A DNA stretch of 62,915 nt, the filler included, from Octopus bimaculoides (lineage: Eukaryota), in the NCBI RefSeq assembly GCF_001194135.2. It is 3 parts of 3 records of this genome, joined end to end, with 100 filler letters (N's around TTAATTAATTAA, not from the genome) between each part and the next. Parts side by side here need not be neighbours in the genome. Positions count along the whole stretch, not along the records: positions 1 to 30,256 come from NC_068989.1; positions 30,357 to 54,782 come from NC_068987.1; 1 more part is not named here. The stretch is one strand, 5' to 3'. The notes beneath the pieces were generated by a model. The model was not told where the DNA came from. It did no database searches and worked only from the letters and a program-made list of their open reading frames with translations. Both the position numbers and the translations under genes were made by a program. This document shows, piece by piece, positions 23,256 to 35,998 of this stretch (positions within the stretch are counted from its first letter, which is position 1; every line of letters begins with the position of its first letter).

Positions 23256-25794
23256 TATATAATGTGTGTGTGTGTGTGTGTGTGTGTGGATGGATGGATG
23301 AATGAATGGTGAGATGGATGGCTGGATGTACACTTGGGTGTATCGATGTATACATGTATGTGTGTATGTATTCATGTGTGCATGCATGTGTGTATATATG
23401 TGTACGTATATAGATATATATGTATATAAGTGTGCATGCATGTGTGTATATATTCGGACATGATTGCATATATGTATGTATGTATGTATGTATATAGGGA
23501 TACATGTATGTGCATATGTATGTTTATGTAGATGTGTGTGTGTAAATGTGCATGTATTTATGTGGTTTCTGTCTCTACTTTTCATCCCATATTCTTCAAA
23601 CTCCAAGACACTGATAATGATGCTGAAATCCCTTTTATTTCATCTTATAAATCAGTTTTCTCTCATTACTTGCATTAAGGTACCATTTCACACAAGCAGA
23701 CAATCACCTAGTAAAGTGACAGATAATTCTTTGCCACGTTATACTTCTCAAAAATAGTTTTTGATAAAAATCGAAAGATTTGAAGGTGCGATATTGAAAG
23801 AACAGTCTCTTATAAGTATTAATCATATATTTAAATATTTAATACAATAGTGATAATAATGATTATTGTTATCATTCAATAGTCCAGTTTTAGTATGTTC
23901 TTTCACTGCATGACTGAGTGTAGCTCTGTGGGCTTTGGGTATGTGCAGTGCTTTTTTTGTTATGTTGAATACAACGTACCACATGTACAATATATGCAGT
24001 ACCTAAGCAGTACTGTTTTCTGTACCTTGAGCATATATGTAAATTGTGGCATTATATTTATTATATATATCATATACTCATCTGCATCTCTTTTTCATCA
24101 ATCCCCAAGGAACCTGTGATTATTGTCGTCGTCTTTGCTGTTATTATCATCATCATCAACATTGTTATTATTATTCTCGTTATTAATATCATTATTGTTG
24201 TTTTTATTATTATTACTCAGTAGACTCATTTTTATTACATATATTCACTGCACTATTAAGCACAGCTCTGTGTGCTTTGTTCATTTTGGTTTTTGGTTTT
24301 CTCGTCTCTGCTGTATACACAGTACCCCAAGTAATATAAATACAGTGGTTAGTACTTTGATTTTTCTATGTTATATATATGTATATATATACACACACTC
24401 ATATAAATCTGAAATATTCTTGACAGTCTGATATAATAGATTTTGATATTAACTTGTTCTTATTTGTTTTGCTGTTGTTGATGAGACACTGTTTGCTCAT
24501 TTAGTTATTTGCATATTATCAGAACAATATTATGCATATATAGAGTGGGATACCATTTTATACAGCTAAACCTTTTTAACTGTGGAATCAGCAGTGCTTA
24601 GTTTTCTGCAAGGCCACATGAAGCAGACAGAATAATGTGTCTTCCTAAAAAGGTAACACAATATTCATAGGGTTTAAATTCTTGTGTATGTTGTCAGTAA
24701 TCCAACATGTGAACCTCACGACCATTGTGCCAGAATAGTGTGAGGACATATAGTGGTATTAACACATATGCACTAAGTGCAATATGCACTACATGCACAG
24801 AATGTGAACTATATGCACAGAATGTGTATTACATGCACAGAATGTACCTTACATACACAAACTGTGCACTACATGTATGATGTCTGCATAAAGTGCATTG
24901 TACTCACACGACGAAATATCTGCACTGTTTTCAATGTTTAATATTTTCCCATGTGCACTACATGCAATATATACACACTGTACAATATGCCAACTATATG
25001 CAATATACATATGTGTATTATGTGCAGTATTTGCACTATTTTTGCAATATTGTGTACAGTATGAACACAATGTACAAATTGTACAACATGTGCACAATAT
25101 ACGATATGTGTGCAATATGTTATATATATGAAAACTAGATGTCATCCATACCTAATGTACAATATGTGTGAACTATGTGCAGTGTGTACATATTGTGTAA
25201 TACATACATAATGTGCATAATGTGAAACACCCACAATGTGTGATATGTGTACAATGTGCTATATGCAGTCAGTCATGATGCTTTAGTTTAAATCACAGGG
25301 ACTGTTTGGGTAATCTTTAATCACTTATAAATCTCTGTCTTTATTCACTCTTTATTCCTGTCAGGAAACCTTTCTTTTAAGTTGAACCATTTTTGAAAGC
25401 CTCAGTTTTATTTTACATCTGACCATGGATCACGTAACTTGTCTATTTGCATGATGTTACCATAGGATTTTGGGAAAAAATACCATGATTAAAAATGGTC
25501 AAAGTAAACAACTACAGGAACATTGTTCTGAGAAGTTTTTGTTCTTTTTCCGTTTTTTTTTTCTTTTGTCTTAGGTTAAATCTTCCAACAAAGAGAATAC
25601 ATATGAAAGAAAAAAAACAAAAACAACTTGAATTTTTCCTTCTTGGTTTTCTCAAAAAAAGTGTCAACAAACCAAAAAGAATGAATATTCCTTCTAATTA
25701 AGATGTTTTGATAAAAAGAAAACTATCTTTATAGAAAGAATATAAATTAAATAATAAACTAATATGCATAGTCATACCATATCAATTTATAATT

Positions 25795-26022
25795 TAAAGG
25801 TTTCAAATTTTGGCACAAAGCCAGCAATTTTGAGTGGAGAGGATTAGTTGAAACAATTGACCCCAGTACTTCACTGGTACTTTTTTTTTATTGACCCCCA
25901 AAAGAATGACAGGCAAAGTTGACTGTGGTAGGATTTGAACTCAGAATGTAAAGAGCTACGAAAAATGCCTGTCAAGAAGCATTTTGTCCACTGTTCTGAC
26001 AATCCTGCCAGCTTGCTGCCTT
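25795..26022 (-). mobile_element. SINE family A copy, heavily CpG-decayed
   Basis: Colinear with the copies at 33515, 34283 and 39533, but nearly every CpG appears as TG or CA. Confidence 0.8.
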
Positions 26023-26577
26023 AATATTAATTAATAATTTAATAAAAGGTAACATATTTTCCAACCCAACCAAAAGAAAATTTCTTCTCAAAAAAAAACA
26101 AAAGTTTTAATACAACATATCAGTTTATAATAAATCAGAGAAATAGATTGGCATGTTTAAAAAACACAGTTAAAGTATGTTTTTTTTTAAATACCCTATC
26201 AATTGATAATATAAAAAGAAAGTTTTATGTTGATCCATTTATCAAATATTCTTGTTAAACTGAGGAAATTTTAAAAAAGGAGAGAGAAAAACAATATAAT
26301 CTATTTCCAATAGTCTTTGATAAACCAAAGACAGAAAGTAAGTCAAAATGTAAAAAAATTAACTTTGGCCAGTTTCCCCTGAAAGTATTTCAAGAGTGCA
26401 GCAAATAGAGAAATTTCTTCATAGAAATAGTGAGTAGTTAGATTAAAGAGGAAAACTGTCATGTTGAAATAAAGTTAATATAAGAAAATGGCTGTGAACG
26501 TGAATATCAATGCTCTTTAGAGTTGAAAGTGAAAGAAGAAGATAAAATAGTTTGACCTCAAGTGAATCTAAACATGC

Positions 26578-26907
26578 TTAATAAATTACACTCGCATCAA
26601 AAAACTGAACAAACTTATTCCCAACAACTGCCGTGTTATGTATGGTGTTAGCAGGAATGTCAATCATGTCTCCAGGTTGAAGAACAGCCTTCTGTCCATA
26701 CATGAACACTTCATATTGCCCGGTAAGGATAGCATCCTTCTTGGAGTGACCATAGGTGTGGTCACAAAACACAGTGCCCGGTGGATATTCATAGGTCAAA
26801 CAGTTGCAACCTTTCTTCTTCAACTTTTTCCTCAAGTTCACTTCATTCAGTTCTCCATCTGCATTGGGGTCCCACTTTTCAACGTTGATCTTCCCTTTAG
26901 CAGACAT
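26578..26907 (-). CDS. Cupin-fold (Cupin_2-like) small protein, 109 aa, single coding exon
   Basis: MSAKGKINVEKWDP..YPPGTVFCDHTYGHSKKDAILTG..LQPGDMIDIPANTIHNTAVVG contains cupin motif 1 (G-x5-H-x-[H/Y]) and motif 2 (GD-x4-P-x4-H). The ATG is immediately preceded by a splice acceptor (tttactctttacag|ATG). The frame is intact. Confidence 0.88.
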   Translation of the reverse strand: MSAKGKINVEKWDPNADGELNEVNLRKKLKKKGCNCLTYEYPPGTVFCDHTYGHSKKDAILTGQYEVFMYGQKAVLQPGDMIDIPANTIHNTAVVGNKFVQFFDASVIY

Positions 26908-27063
26908 CTGTAAAGAGTAAACATTTCCTTTATGACTGTTCCTGACCAACAGAAATACTCTGAGAAAGATGGAGAATGGCATCTAAAATTATACATAAGA
27001 TTAAATCAATTAAAATCTCTTAATTATTATAAATATTGTTATTATAAATATTGTTATTATATA

Positions 27064-27343
27064 TATATAGTTTTAGGGAAAAGAACCAAGGTTCATGAAC
27101 TCATCGATGAAAATCCACTGTCACATATAGAAAAATTAATAAGTAAAAGTACAAAAAATAAGTATAATATAATACAAAGTAAATATCATAAGATAAAGAT
27201 AATATTATCTTTATCTAATGATATTTACTTTGTATTATATTATACTTATTTTTTGTGCTTTTACTTATTAATTTTTCTATATGTGACAGTGGATTTTCAT
27301 CGATGATTTCATGAACCTTGGTTCTTTTCCCTAAAACTATATA
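27064..27343. repeat. 280-bp near-perfect palindrome (no spacer), possible foldback/MITE
   Basis: The arms pair about the 27203/27204 axis, with only three mismatches found by hand (27100/27307, 27150/27257, 27190/27217). Flanks are TA-rich. Confidence 0.92.
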
Positions 27344-27477
27344 CATATATTAATATTTAATACTGTGAAACTTAATTTAATTTTAATTTTTAATAAATTG
27401 ATTTTAATTGAGTTTTTACCTGTAATTTTGGATTTTTATCCCTAATATTATTATTACATATATATATATATGTGTGT

Positions 27478-27811
27478 GGAGGCAGAATGGCCCAGTGGTT
27501 AGGGCAGCAGACTCGCGGTCATAGGATCGTGGTTTTGATTCCCAGACCGGGCATTGTGAGTGTTTATTGAGCGAAAACACCTAAAGCTCCACGAGGCTCT
27601 GGCAGGAGATGGTGGCGAACCCTGCTGTACTCTTTCACCACAACTTTCTCTCACTCTTACTTCCTGTTTCTGTTGTGCCTGTAATTCAAAGGGCCAGCCT
27701 TGTCACACTATGTCACACTGAATCTCCCCAAGAACTACGTTAAGGGTAAACGTGTCTGTGGAGTGCTCAGCCACTTGCACGTTAATTTCATGAGCAGGCT
27801 GTTCCGTTGAT
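27478..27811 (+). mobile_element. tRNA-derived SINE family C (octopus OR-type-like), CpG-decayed
   Basis: A-box/B-box head tggcccagtggttagg..ggttttgattccc. The body gagcgaaaacacctaaa is shared with the minus copy at 57275-57462. Confidence 0.75.
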
Positions 27812-28759
27812 GGGAGAGAGGGATNNNNNNNNNNNNNNNNNNNNNNNNNNNNNNNNNNNNNNNNNNNNNNNNNNNNNNNNNNNNNNNNNNNNNNNNNNNN
27901 NNNNNNNNNNNNNNNNNNNNNNNNNNNNNNNNNNNNNNNNNNNNNNNNNNNNNNNNNNNNNNNNNNNNNNNNNNNNNNNNNNNNNNNNNNNNNNNNNNNN
28001 NNNNNNNNNNNNNNNNNNNNNNNNNNNNNNNNNNNNNNNNNNNNNNNNNNNNNNNNNNNNNNNNNNNNNNNNNNNNNNNNNNNNNNNNNNNNNNNNNNNN
28101 NNNNNNNNNNNNNNNNNNNNNNNNNNNNNNNNNNNNNNNNNNNNNNNNNNNNNNNNNNNNNNNNNNNNNNNNNNNNNNNNNNNNNNNNNNNNNNNNNNNN
28201 NNNNNNNNNNNNNNNNNNNNNNNNNNNNNNNNNNNNNNNNNNNNNNNNNNNNNNNNNNNNNNNNNNNNNNNNNNNNNNNNNNNNNNNNNNNNNNNNNNNN
28301 NNNNNNNNNNNNNNNNNNNNNNNNNNNNNNNNNNNNNNNNNNNNNNNNNNNNNNNNNNNNNNNNNNNNNNNNNNNNNNNNNNNNNNNNNNNNNNNNNNNN
28401 NNNNNNNNNNNNNNNNNNNNNNNNNNNNNNNNNNNNNNNNNNNNNNNNNNNNNNNNNNNNNNNNNNNNNNNNNNNNNNNNNNNNNNNNNNNNNNNNNNNN
28501 NNNNNNNNNNNNNNNNNNNNNNNNNNNNNNNNNNNNNNNNNNNNNNNNNNNNNNNNNNNNNNNNNNNNNNNNNNNNNNNNNNNNNNNNNNNNNNNNNNNN
28601 NNNNNNNNNNNNNNNNNNNNNNNNNNNNNNNNNNNNNNNNNNNNNNNNNNNNNNNNNNNNNNNNNNNNNNNNNNNNNNNNNNNNNNNNNNNNNNNNNNNN
28701 NNNNNNNNNNNNNNNNNNNNNNNNNNNNNNNNNNNNNNNNNNNNNNNNNNTATATATAG

Positions 28760-28795
<36 letters not shown>

Positions 28796-29756
28796 AAGAC
28801 AGATAAATAGACAGACAGGCAGACACATATATAGATAGATAAACAGAGCGACAGACAGACAGATATTAAAAAGTCATCAGTCTGTATTCTTAAAACAAAC
28901 TTGACAAGAACTTTCAACTTGTACCTTTTTTTTTCATTTAAAATAAAACATCTACATATATACAATTACTAGAAGAAATTCACAAATGTGCATCATGAAG
29001 AAACATTTTGGGTTATAATCTTATCTACATTCTATGCATGTATGTACATATATATATATGTATGTATGTATGTATGCATGTATGTATGTATGTATGTACG
29101 TACGTACATATGTATGTCTCTACTTGTCTATCCATCTACCTGTTTGTCTGTCTTCATGTATTATATACTTACAAGGAAAAGGCTAACAATAACCTCATGT
29201 AATATTTACTCAGACAAAATTTAAAAAATCAATCAACAGCATCAGATGTGCTGCACTTTATCAATGGCAAGCTACTTATACAGTTTCAGAATATTTTATG
29301 GCACCAACATCAGCACTGTTAGTTTTCTCTAAGATGCTAGAAACTCCTGGTTGAATAAAGATCAATAATTGTTACACTTCCATTGAAATGTTGTGATTAC
29401 AAAAGGTCTATTTTTATCTTTAGCTTTTATTACCATTCTAAGAATGTATGACGAACTTTTCACAGCATCATTCTTTCATGATTGAATATTATTAACAGTA
29501 CACATAAGCTAATTCAATTTTACATTTTGAAATAACATCCCATTGAGACATTGATACAAACCAATATTGAAATGAATAAGTGTTTATAGTTTAACAAAAT
29601 AGGTTTGTAGACAAGAAATTAAACACGAATATATTATTTTCATTTCTGCAAAAATAGTTTAGTTTCATAATAAATATATTTGTTGGCATAATATATTTTT
29701 ATTAGAAATATTTATAAAGATTTCCTTAGAGAAGCATCCCTACTTTCTGTCTCTTT

Positions 29757-29792
<36 letters not shown>

Positions 29793-30356
29793 ATATACAC
29801 ACATGTATGTGTGTGTGTGAAAAGGTATATGTATACACATATTCATACATATATATATACATACATATATATACATATATACAAAAATAAGAGGAATGAC
29901 CAGCAAAAGTGGACTCCTATATGCTAGAAATAGATGCCGAATCATCTACTAGACCACTGGTTTTAATTGATTAATATCAATTTCTACCCTCATTAATAAA
30001 TTATATATACATATATATATATATATATGTATATATGTATATATATGTATATATGCCTCTGTGTGTGTACGCCGGTGTTAAAACAGGGGTAGCTGATGAA
30101 GAAGAATGTTCTCTATGTGGCTTGTGTGTTTTCTCGTCTACGTTTTGTTTGCAATGTCCTGTACCCACATATGCACCTATACATACAGGTGGATGTCGGT
30201 ATGCACATACCTGTACGTATATATGCATATACTCATTTACTATTTGTTTTATATATNNNNNNNNNNNNNNNNNNNNNNNNNNNNNNNNNNNNNNNNNNNN
30301 TTAATTAATTAANNNNNNNNNNNNNNNNNNNNNNNNNNNNNNNNNNNNNNNNNNNN

Positions 30357-30408
<52 letters not shown>

Positions 30409-31284
30409 TATTTGTATATATATATAATGGTGGTTCACTAGTGCTGCTACGTCTTCTTCACGCCAGCTGGTTGGTCTCACCTAACCTTCAAAACCTACCA
30501 AGCACCCCCACCTCCTGTCAGATTGCAATGCCAAAAGCGTCACCAGTTTGAATATATTGACCTGATTTCGACGTTACAGCGCTGCTACTGTGTTGCTGCT
30601 GCTACCGCTGCTGTTGTAGGGGTTTGCTGTTTATAATCACTGCTGCTGCTGTTGATTATTACTACTGCTATTGTTGGGGGTTGCATTTGGTCATTGTTGT
30701 TGTTTAACCCCAGGTCAGCTTGATTGAGTATACTTGTAACCAAAGCCAATCAAACCGTAACCACCTTGTTCTTATTGTGTTTGTGGGACTACATTGTCCA
30801 GTCTAGCTTTTTTTTAGGTAAGATGTTAGGTTATGATCTAAAGGTATTTGACTGCTGTTTTCTGTAGGTCAGCCGACCACATAGTGACTACCTTGTTTGC
30901 TGCTGTTTTGAGGGTCGCTGATATTCATTGCTGCTGCTGTCGGTGTTGATGTTTCAAGCTACTACTATAAGACCATTGTTGCTGCCACCACTTGGACGGT
31001 GTTTGTCACTGATATATTGTTGACTTCCAAATTAGCTCTGATCGAGTAGAACAATGGTCAGATACTTGCCAGCCGTGACTATCCCGTCTTTGTATCACAC
31101 ACAATGTATCTTGGTCTACATCATGTGACCCCAATAAGTATTTAATTTGTTTTATTTTAACAGAATAGGGTGTAATTCGTTTGCTATTTCTAGCAGTTTG
31201 AATGACCACGAAGAGGCTTCCTTGCTGATATTTCTACACTTGATTCCGATGACGATGTCAACAAAAATGATGACGATGATGATG

Positions 31285-31329
<45 letters not shown>

Positions 31330-31692
31330 CTGGCAATGGTGATGGTAGTGTAGTCTTAACTGTAGCTATTGTTTCTCTTATTATTGTTTTTTGCTGTTGT
31401 TTTTTTGCCGCATTTGCTACTTTTGTCATTGTTCTCATCGACAATGTTGTTGTTGGCGTTGTTGTTGTTGTCGTTGTTGTTGTTGCTGTTGTTGTTGTTA
31501 TTTTTGATGTTGTTTAACCCCGACCAATCTTGATCAATCAAATCAACAATAAAAAGCGTTCCAGCTTTGACCGATCACTATATTTTTTTTATTTTATTTT
31601 TCATTTTGTTTTTTATATATATATATTTTTTTTTTTTTTTCAGATTTAATATTTCCCCAAAGAAATATCTTTTAAAATGTCTTCCCTTGTAT

Positions 31693-31732
<40 letters not shown>

Positions 31733-32601
31733 AGACAGTAGGCTGTAACTTGAAAAGAGATTCAAGCACTGACTATTTCTAAACAAGGTTGATNNNNNNN
31801 NNNNNNNNNNNNNNNNNNNNNNNNNNNNNNNNNNNNNNNNNNNNNNNNNNNNNNNNNNNNNNNNNNNNNNNNNNNNNNNNNNNNNNNNNNNNNNNNNNNN
31901 NNNNNNNNNNNNNNNNNNNNNNNNNNNNNNNNNNNNNNNNNNNNNNNNNNNNNNNNNNNNNNNNNNNNNNNNNNNNNNNNNNNNNNNNNNNNNNNNNNNN
32001 NNNNNNNNNNNNNNNNNNNNNNNNNNNNNNNNNNNNNNNNNNNNNNNNNNNNNNNNNNNNNNNNNNNNNNNNNNNNNNNNNNNNNNNNNNNNNNNNNNNN
32101 NNNNNNNNNNNNNNNNNNNNNNNNNNNNNNNNNNNNNNNNNNNNNNNNNNNNNNNNNNNNNNNNNNNNNNNNNNNNNNNNNNNNNNNNNNNNNNNNNNNN
32201 NNNNNNNNNNNNNNNNNNNNNNNNNNNNNNNNNNNNNNNNNNNNNNNNNNNNNNNNNNNNNNNNNNNNNNNNNNNNNNNNNNNNNNNNNNNNNNNNNNNN
32301 NNNNNNNNNNNNNNNNNNNNNNNNNNNNNNNNNNNNNNNNNNNNNNNNNNNNNNNNNNNNNNNNNNNNNNNNNNNNNNNNNNNNNNNNNNNNNNNNNNNN
32401 NNNNNNNNNNNNNNNNNNNNNNNNNNNNNNNNNNNNNNNNNNNNNNNNNNNNNNNNNNNNNNNNNNNNNNNNNNNNNNNNNNNNNNNNNNNNNNNNNNNN
32501 NNNNNNNNNNNNNNNNNNNNNNNNNNNNNNNNNNNNNNNNNNNNNNNNNNNNNNNNNNNNNNNNNNNNNNNNNNNNNNNNNNNNNNNNNNNNNNNNNNNN
32601 N

Positions 32602-32717
32602 TATTATCATTATTATTATTACTATTATCAATATTATTATCATTATTATTATTACTATTATTACTATTATCAATATTATTATTATTATTATCATTATGAT
32701 TATTATTATTATCATTA

Positions 32718-32788
<71 letters not shown>

Positions 32789-32892
32789 GTTATTATTATT
32801 ATTATCATTATTATTATTATTATCATTATTATTATTACTACCATTATTATTATTATTATTATTATCATTATTATTATTTTTATTATTATTAT
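32602..32892. repeat. Compound (ATT/ATC)n microsatellite next to an N gap
   Basis: Directly visible; it produces the poly-I/Y/L ORFs in the track. Confidence 0.95.
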
Positions 32893-33514
32893 TTGCTTTT
32901 GCTCCTTCGTTTGTCTCTCCTCTTCTTCCTCCCTCGCCTTGTCTCTCGCTCTTCCCTCCTACTCAACAGTGACAGTCGTTCTTACAAAATTAGCCAGCGT
33001 CTGGTTGCTGTTTAGCGATAGCTTAGAGACTTTTAGCTTTTCATGATTATTGTGAACATTTGTCTATTTGACTCTATACGTCTTCTTTACTTCGTTATAA
33101 CCAAAAGAATATTGATCGATACAAATAAATCTGACGCGATGATTGATCGTACAATCACCCAATCTAAACTTTGATGGTATTTAGTTTCAATAAATGTTTG
33201 TTTCTCTTATTAATTGCTATAAAGGGAATCGCAATAATAAAGAAACTGCTTTATGTTATTAATTATTATCACTTAGTGAGGTGGCTTTGACAGAATCGAT
33301 AGAAAAAAATGAGGAAAATGCCTTGTAATACTCAGTATTTATGTTTAGAGTTCGGATCTCTTTGGGTCCGTCTTTACTTTTCATCTTTCCGTATCGATAA
33401 AATAAGTAGCAATCAACAACCGGGTTTAATATGACCCTCTGTGACCTTTGCCAAACATTTGTAGCTTTGTTATCTTAGACATGACTTTGTTATCCATTAT
33501 CGTCACTTAGGTTT

Positions 33515-33760
33515 AAGGCGGCGACTTGGCAGAATCGTTAGCACGCTGGACGAAACGCTTAGCGCCATTTCGCCCGTCGCTGCGTCCTGAGTTCAAATTC
33601 CACCGAGGTCGACTTCACCTTTCATTCTTTCGGGGTCGATAAACTAAATACCAGTTGCGTATTGGGGTCGATCTAAATAAGTACCAGCTTTCCACTGGTG
33701 TTAATGTAATCGACTTAATCCTTTCCCTCAAATTTCAGGACTTGTGCCTATAGTAGAAAA
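33515..33760 (+). mobile_element. SINE family A, near full length
   Basis: ggcggcgacttggcagaatcgttagc..gagttcaaattcc (B box)..gggtcgataaa..cttgtgcctatagtagaaaa. Confidence 0.8.
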
Positions 33761-34094
33761 CACACCAGCATCGGTTGCCAAGCAATGGTGGGTGGGGACA
33801 AACACAGACACACAAATATATACATACACACACACACATATATATACTTTTATTCGTTTATCTGTTGCAGTCATTTGACTGCGGCCATGCTGGAGCACCG
33901 CCTTTAGTCGACCAAATCGACCCCAGGACATATTCTTTGTAAGCCTAGTACTTATTCTATCGATATTGAATAAGCAAGGGAAAAATGAATAAATAAACAA
34001 GGGGAAATGGCCGATAAAATAGCTTCAGAGTAATTTCGAAAACAGTAAAAATAATGGTACGGGCATTGAATTAGTCAATGGAAGTTAAATAACT

Positions 34095-34500
34095 CTTTCT
34101 ACGCTAGGCACAAGGCCTGAAATTTCGTGGGGTGGGGTTGATGAAAAGACAAACTTGACCTCAGAGGAATTAGAACTCGGAACTAAAGCCGGACGAAATG
34201 TCACTAAGTATTTGGTCCGGCATGCAAACGATTCTACCAAACCGCCGCCTGTATGGAAGAGGTTTAATACGAATTTGTAACTTAGGCACAAGGCCCGAAA
34301 TTTTTGGAGAGGGGTCCAGTCGATTAGATCGATCCCAGTACACAGCTGGTACTTAATTTATCGACCCCGAAAGGGATGAAAAGCAAAGTCGACCTCGGCA
34401 TCCAACCAATTATACCAAACCGCCGCCCTTATAGAAGAGGTTTAATACGAATTTGTAATTTATGCACAAGGCCAGCAATTTTAAGAGACGGAACGGGGTC
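34095..34500 (-). mobile_element. Cluster of three SINE family A fragments
   Basis: Three gcacaaggcc tail motifs (~34105, ~34285, ~34465) with family A body sequence. Confidence 0.7.
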
Positions 34501-35413
34501 GGTTGATTACAGCAATTCCACGATTTCGCTGTTATTTTCCCCGTTATTTTCCCGAACGACATCGGAAGGATGACAGGGCTACGCTGACCTTNNNNNNNNN
34601 NNNNNNNNNNNNNNNNNNNNNNNNNNNNNNNNNNNNNNNNNNNNNNNNNNNNNNNNNNNNNNNNNNNNNNNNNNNNNNNNNNNNNNNNNNNNNNNNNNNN
34701 NNNNNNNNNNNNNNNNNNNNNNNNNNNNNNNNNNNNNNNNNNNNNNNNNNNNNNNNNNNNNNNNNNNNNNNNNNNNNNNNNNNNNNNNNNNNNNNNNNNN
34801 NNNNNNNNNNNNNNNNNNNNNNNNNNNNNNNNNNNNNNNNNNNNNNNNNNNNNNNNNNNNNNNNNNNNNNNNNNNNNNNNNNNNNNNNNNNNNNNNNNNN
34901 NNNNNNNNNNNNNNNNNNNNNNNNNNNNNNNNNNNNNNNNNNNNNNNNNNNNNNNNNNNNNNNNNNNNNNNNNNNNNNNNNNNNNNNNNNNNNNNNNNNN
35001 NNNNNNNNNNNNNNNNNNNNNNNNNNNNNNNNNNNNNNNNNNNNNNNNNNNNNNNNNNNNNNNNNNNNNNNNNNNNNNNNNNNNNNNNNNNNNNNNNNNN
35101 NNNNNNNNNNNNNNNNNNNNNNNNNNNNNNNNNNNNNNNNNNNNNNNNNNNNNNNNNNNNNNNNNNNNNNNNNNNNNNNNNNNNNNNNNNNNNNNNNNNN
35201 NNNNNNNNNNNNNNNNNNNNNNNNNNNNNNNNNNNNNNNNNNNNNNNNNNNNNNNNNNNNNNNNNNNNNNNNNNNNNNNNNNNNNNNNNNNNNNNNNNNN
35301 NNNNNNNNNNNNNNNNNNNNNNNNNNNNNNNNNNNNNNNNNNNNNNNNNNNNNNNNNNNNNNNNNNNNNNNNNNNNNNNNNNNNNNNNNNNNNNNNNNNN
35401 NNNNNNNNNNNNA

Positions 35414-35458
<45 letters not shown>

Positions 35459-35467
35459 TTATATATA

Positions 35468-35630
35468 CGACAGTCTTCTTTCAGTTTCCGTCTACCAAAT
35501 CCACTCACAAGGCTTTGGTCGGCCCGAGGCTATAGTAGAAGATTCTTACCCAAGGTGCCACACAGTGGGACTGAACCTGGAACCATGTGGTTGGTAAGCA
35601 AGCTACTTACCACACAGCCACTCCTGCGCC
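35468..35630 (-). mobile_element. SINE family B 5' half (tRNA head plus CORE-like body)
   Basis: Reverse complement is ggcgcaggagtggctgtgtggtaagtagcttgc..ggttcagtcccactg..ccttgggtaag..gaaactgaaagaag, followed by (TA)n. Confidence 0.8.
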
Positions 35631-35928
35631 TATATATATGTTTTCTTCATTTACATGTGTGTAGCTTAGGTTTCACTCTATAACTGCCGATATTGTACTG
35701 AAGTTGATTAGGCGCCTGTAAGCATAGTTAAAGAAATATAAAAGTTGGGATTATTACCCGTTCTTTTATTCTAAGTAGAAGAAACCACGCGATAAAGATA
35801 AATGTGTAACGAAGTCAGTTAATCAGATGCATGAGAAAAGAAATAAATGAAGCTACTTTATCTCATCTCTGTGATTAAAGAGTAAAAATTTTGAAAGGCG
35901 ATATCCACTTGCATAAACATGTAAACAC

Positions 35929-35998
<70 letters not shown>

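Noticed and set aside
23565-25420. Candidate + strand exons (23610-23679, ~24602-24652, acceptor at 25365)
   Set aside because: Splice signals are plausible, but the translations match no family I recognise and cannot be chained confidently.
27478-27560. tRNA-like sequences at SINE heads
   Set aside because: A and B boxes continue straight into SINE body sequence and no full cloverleaf forms.
27703-28965. Long ORFs (300-440 aa) spanning N gaps, here and at 19.4, 31.8, 34.5, 42.2, 48, 52.3 and 55.7 kb
   Set aside because: The frames are open only because the codons are unknown (X).
30301-30312. Isolated TTAATTAATTAA between N runs (also 54827-54838)
   Set aside because: An identical 12-mer with stops in all six frames, embedded in N runs. 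This is a scaffolding linker, not biological sequence.
32696-33046. Poly-I/L/Y, YIYI, CVCV and MYVC ORFs throughout the window
   Set aside because: Translations of microsatellites, with no coding evidence.
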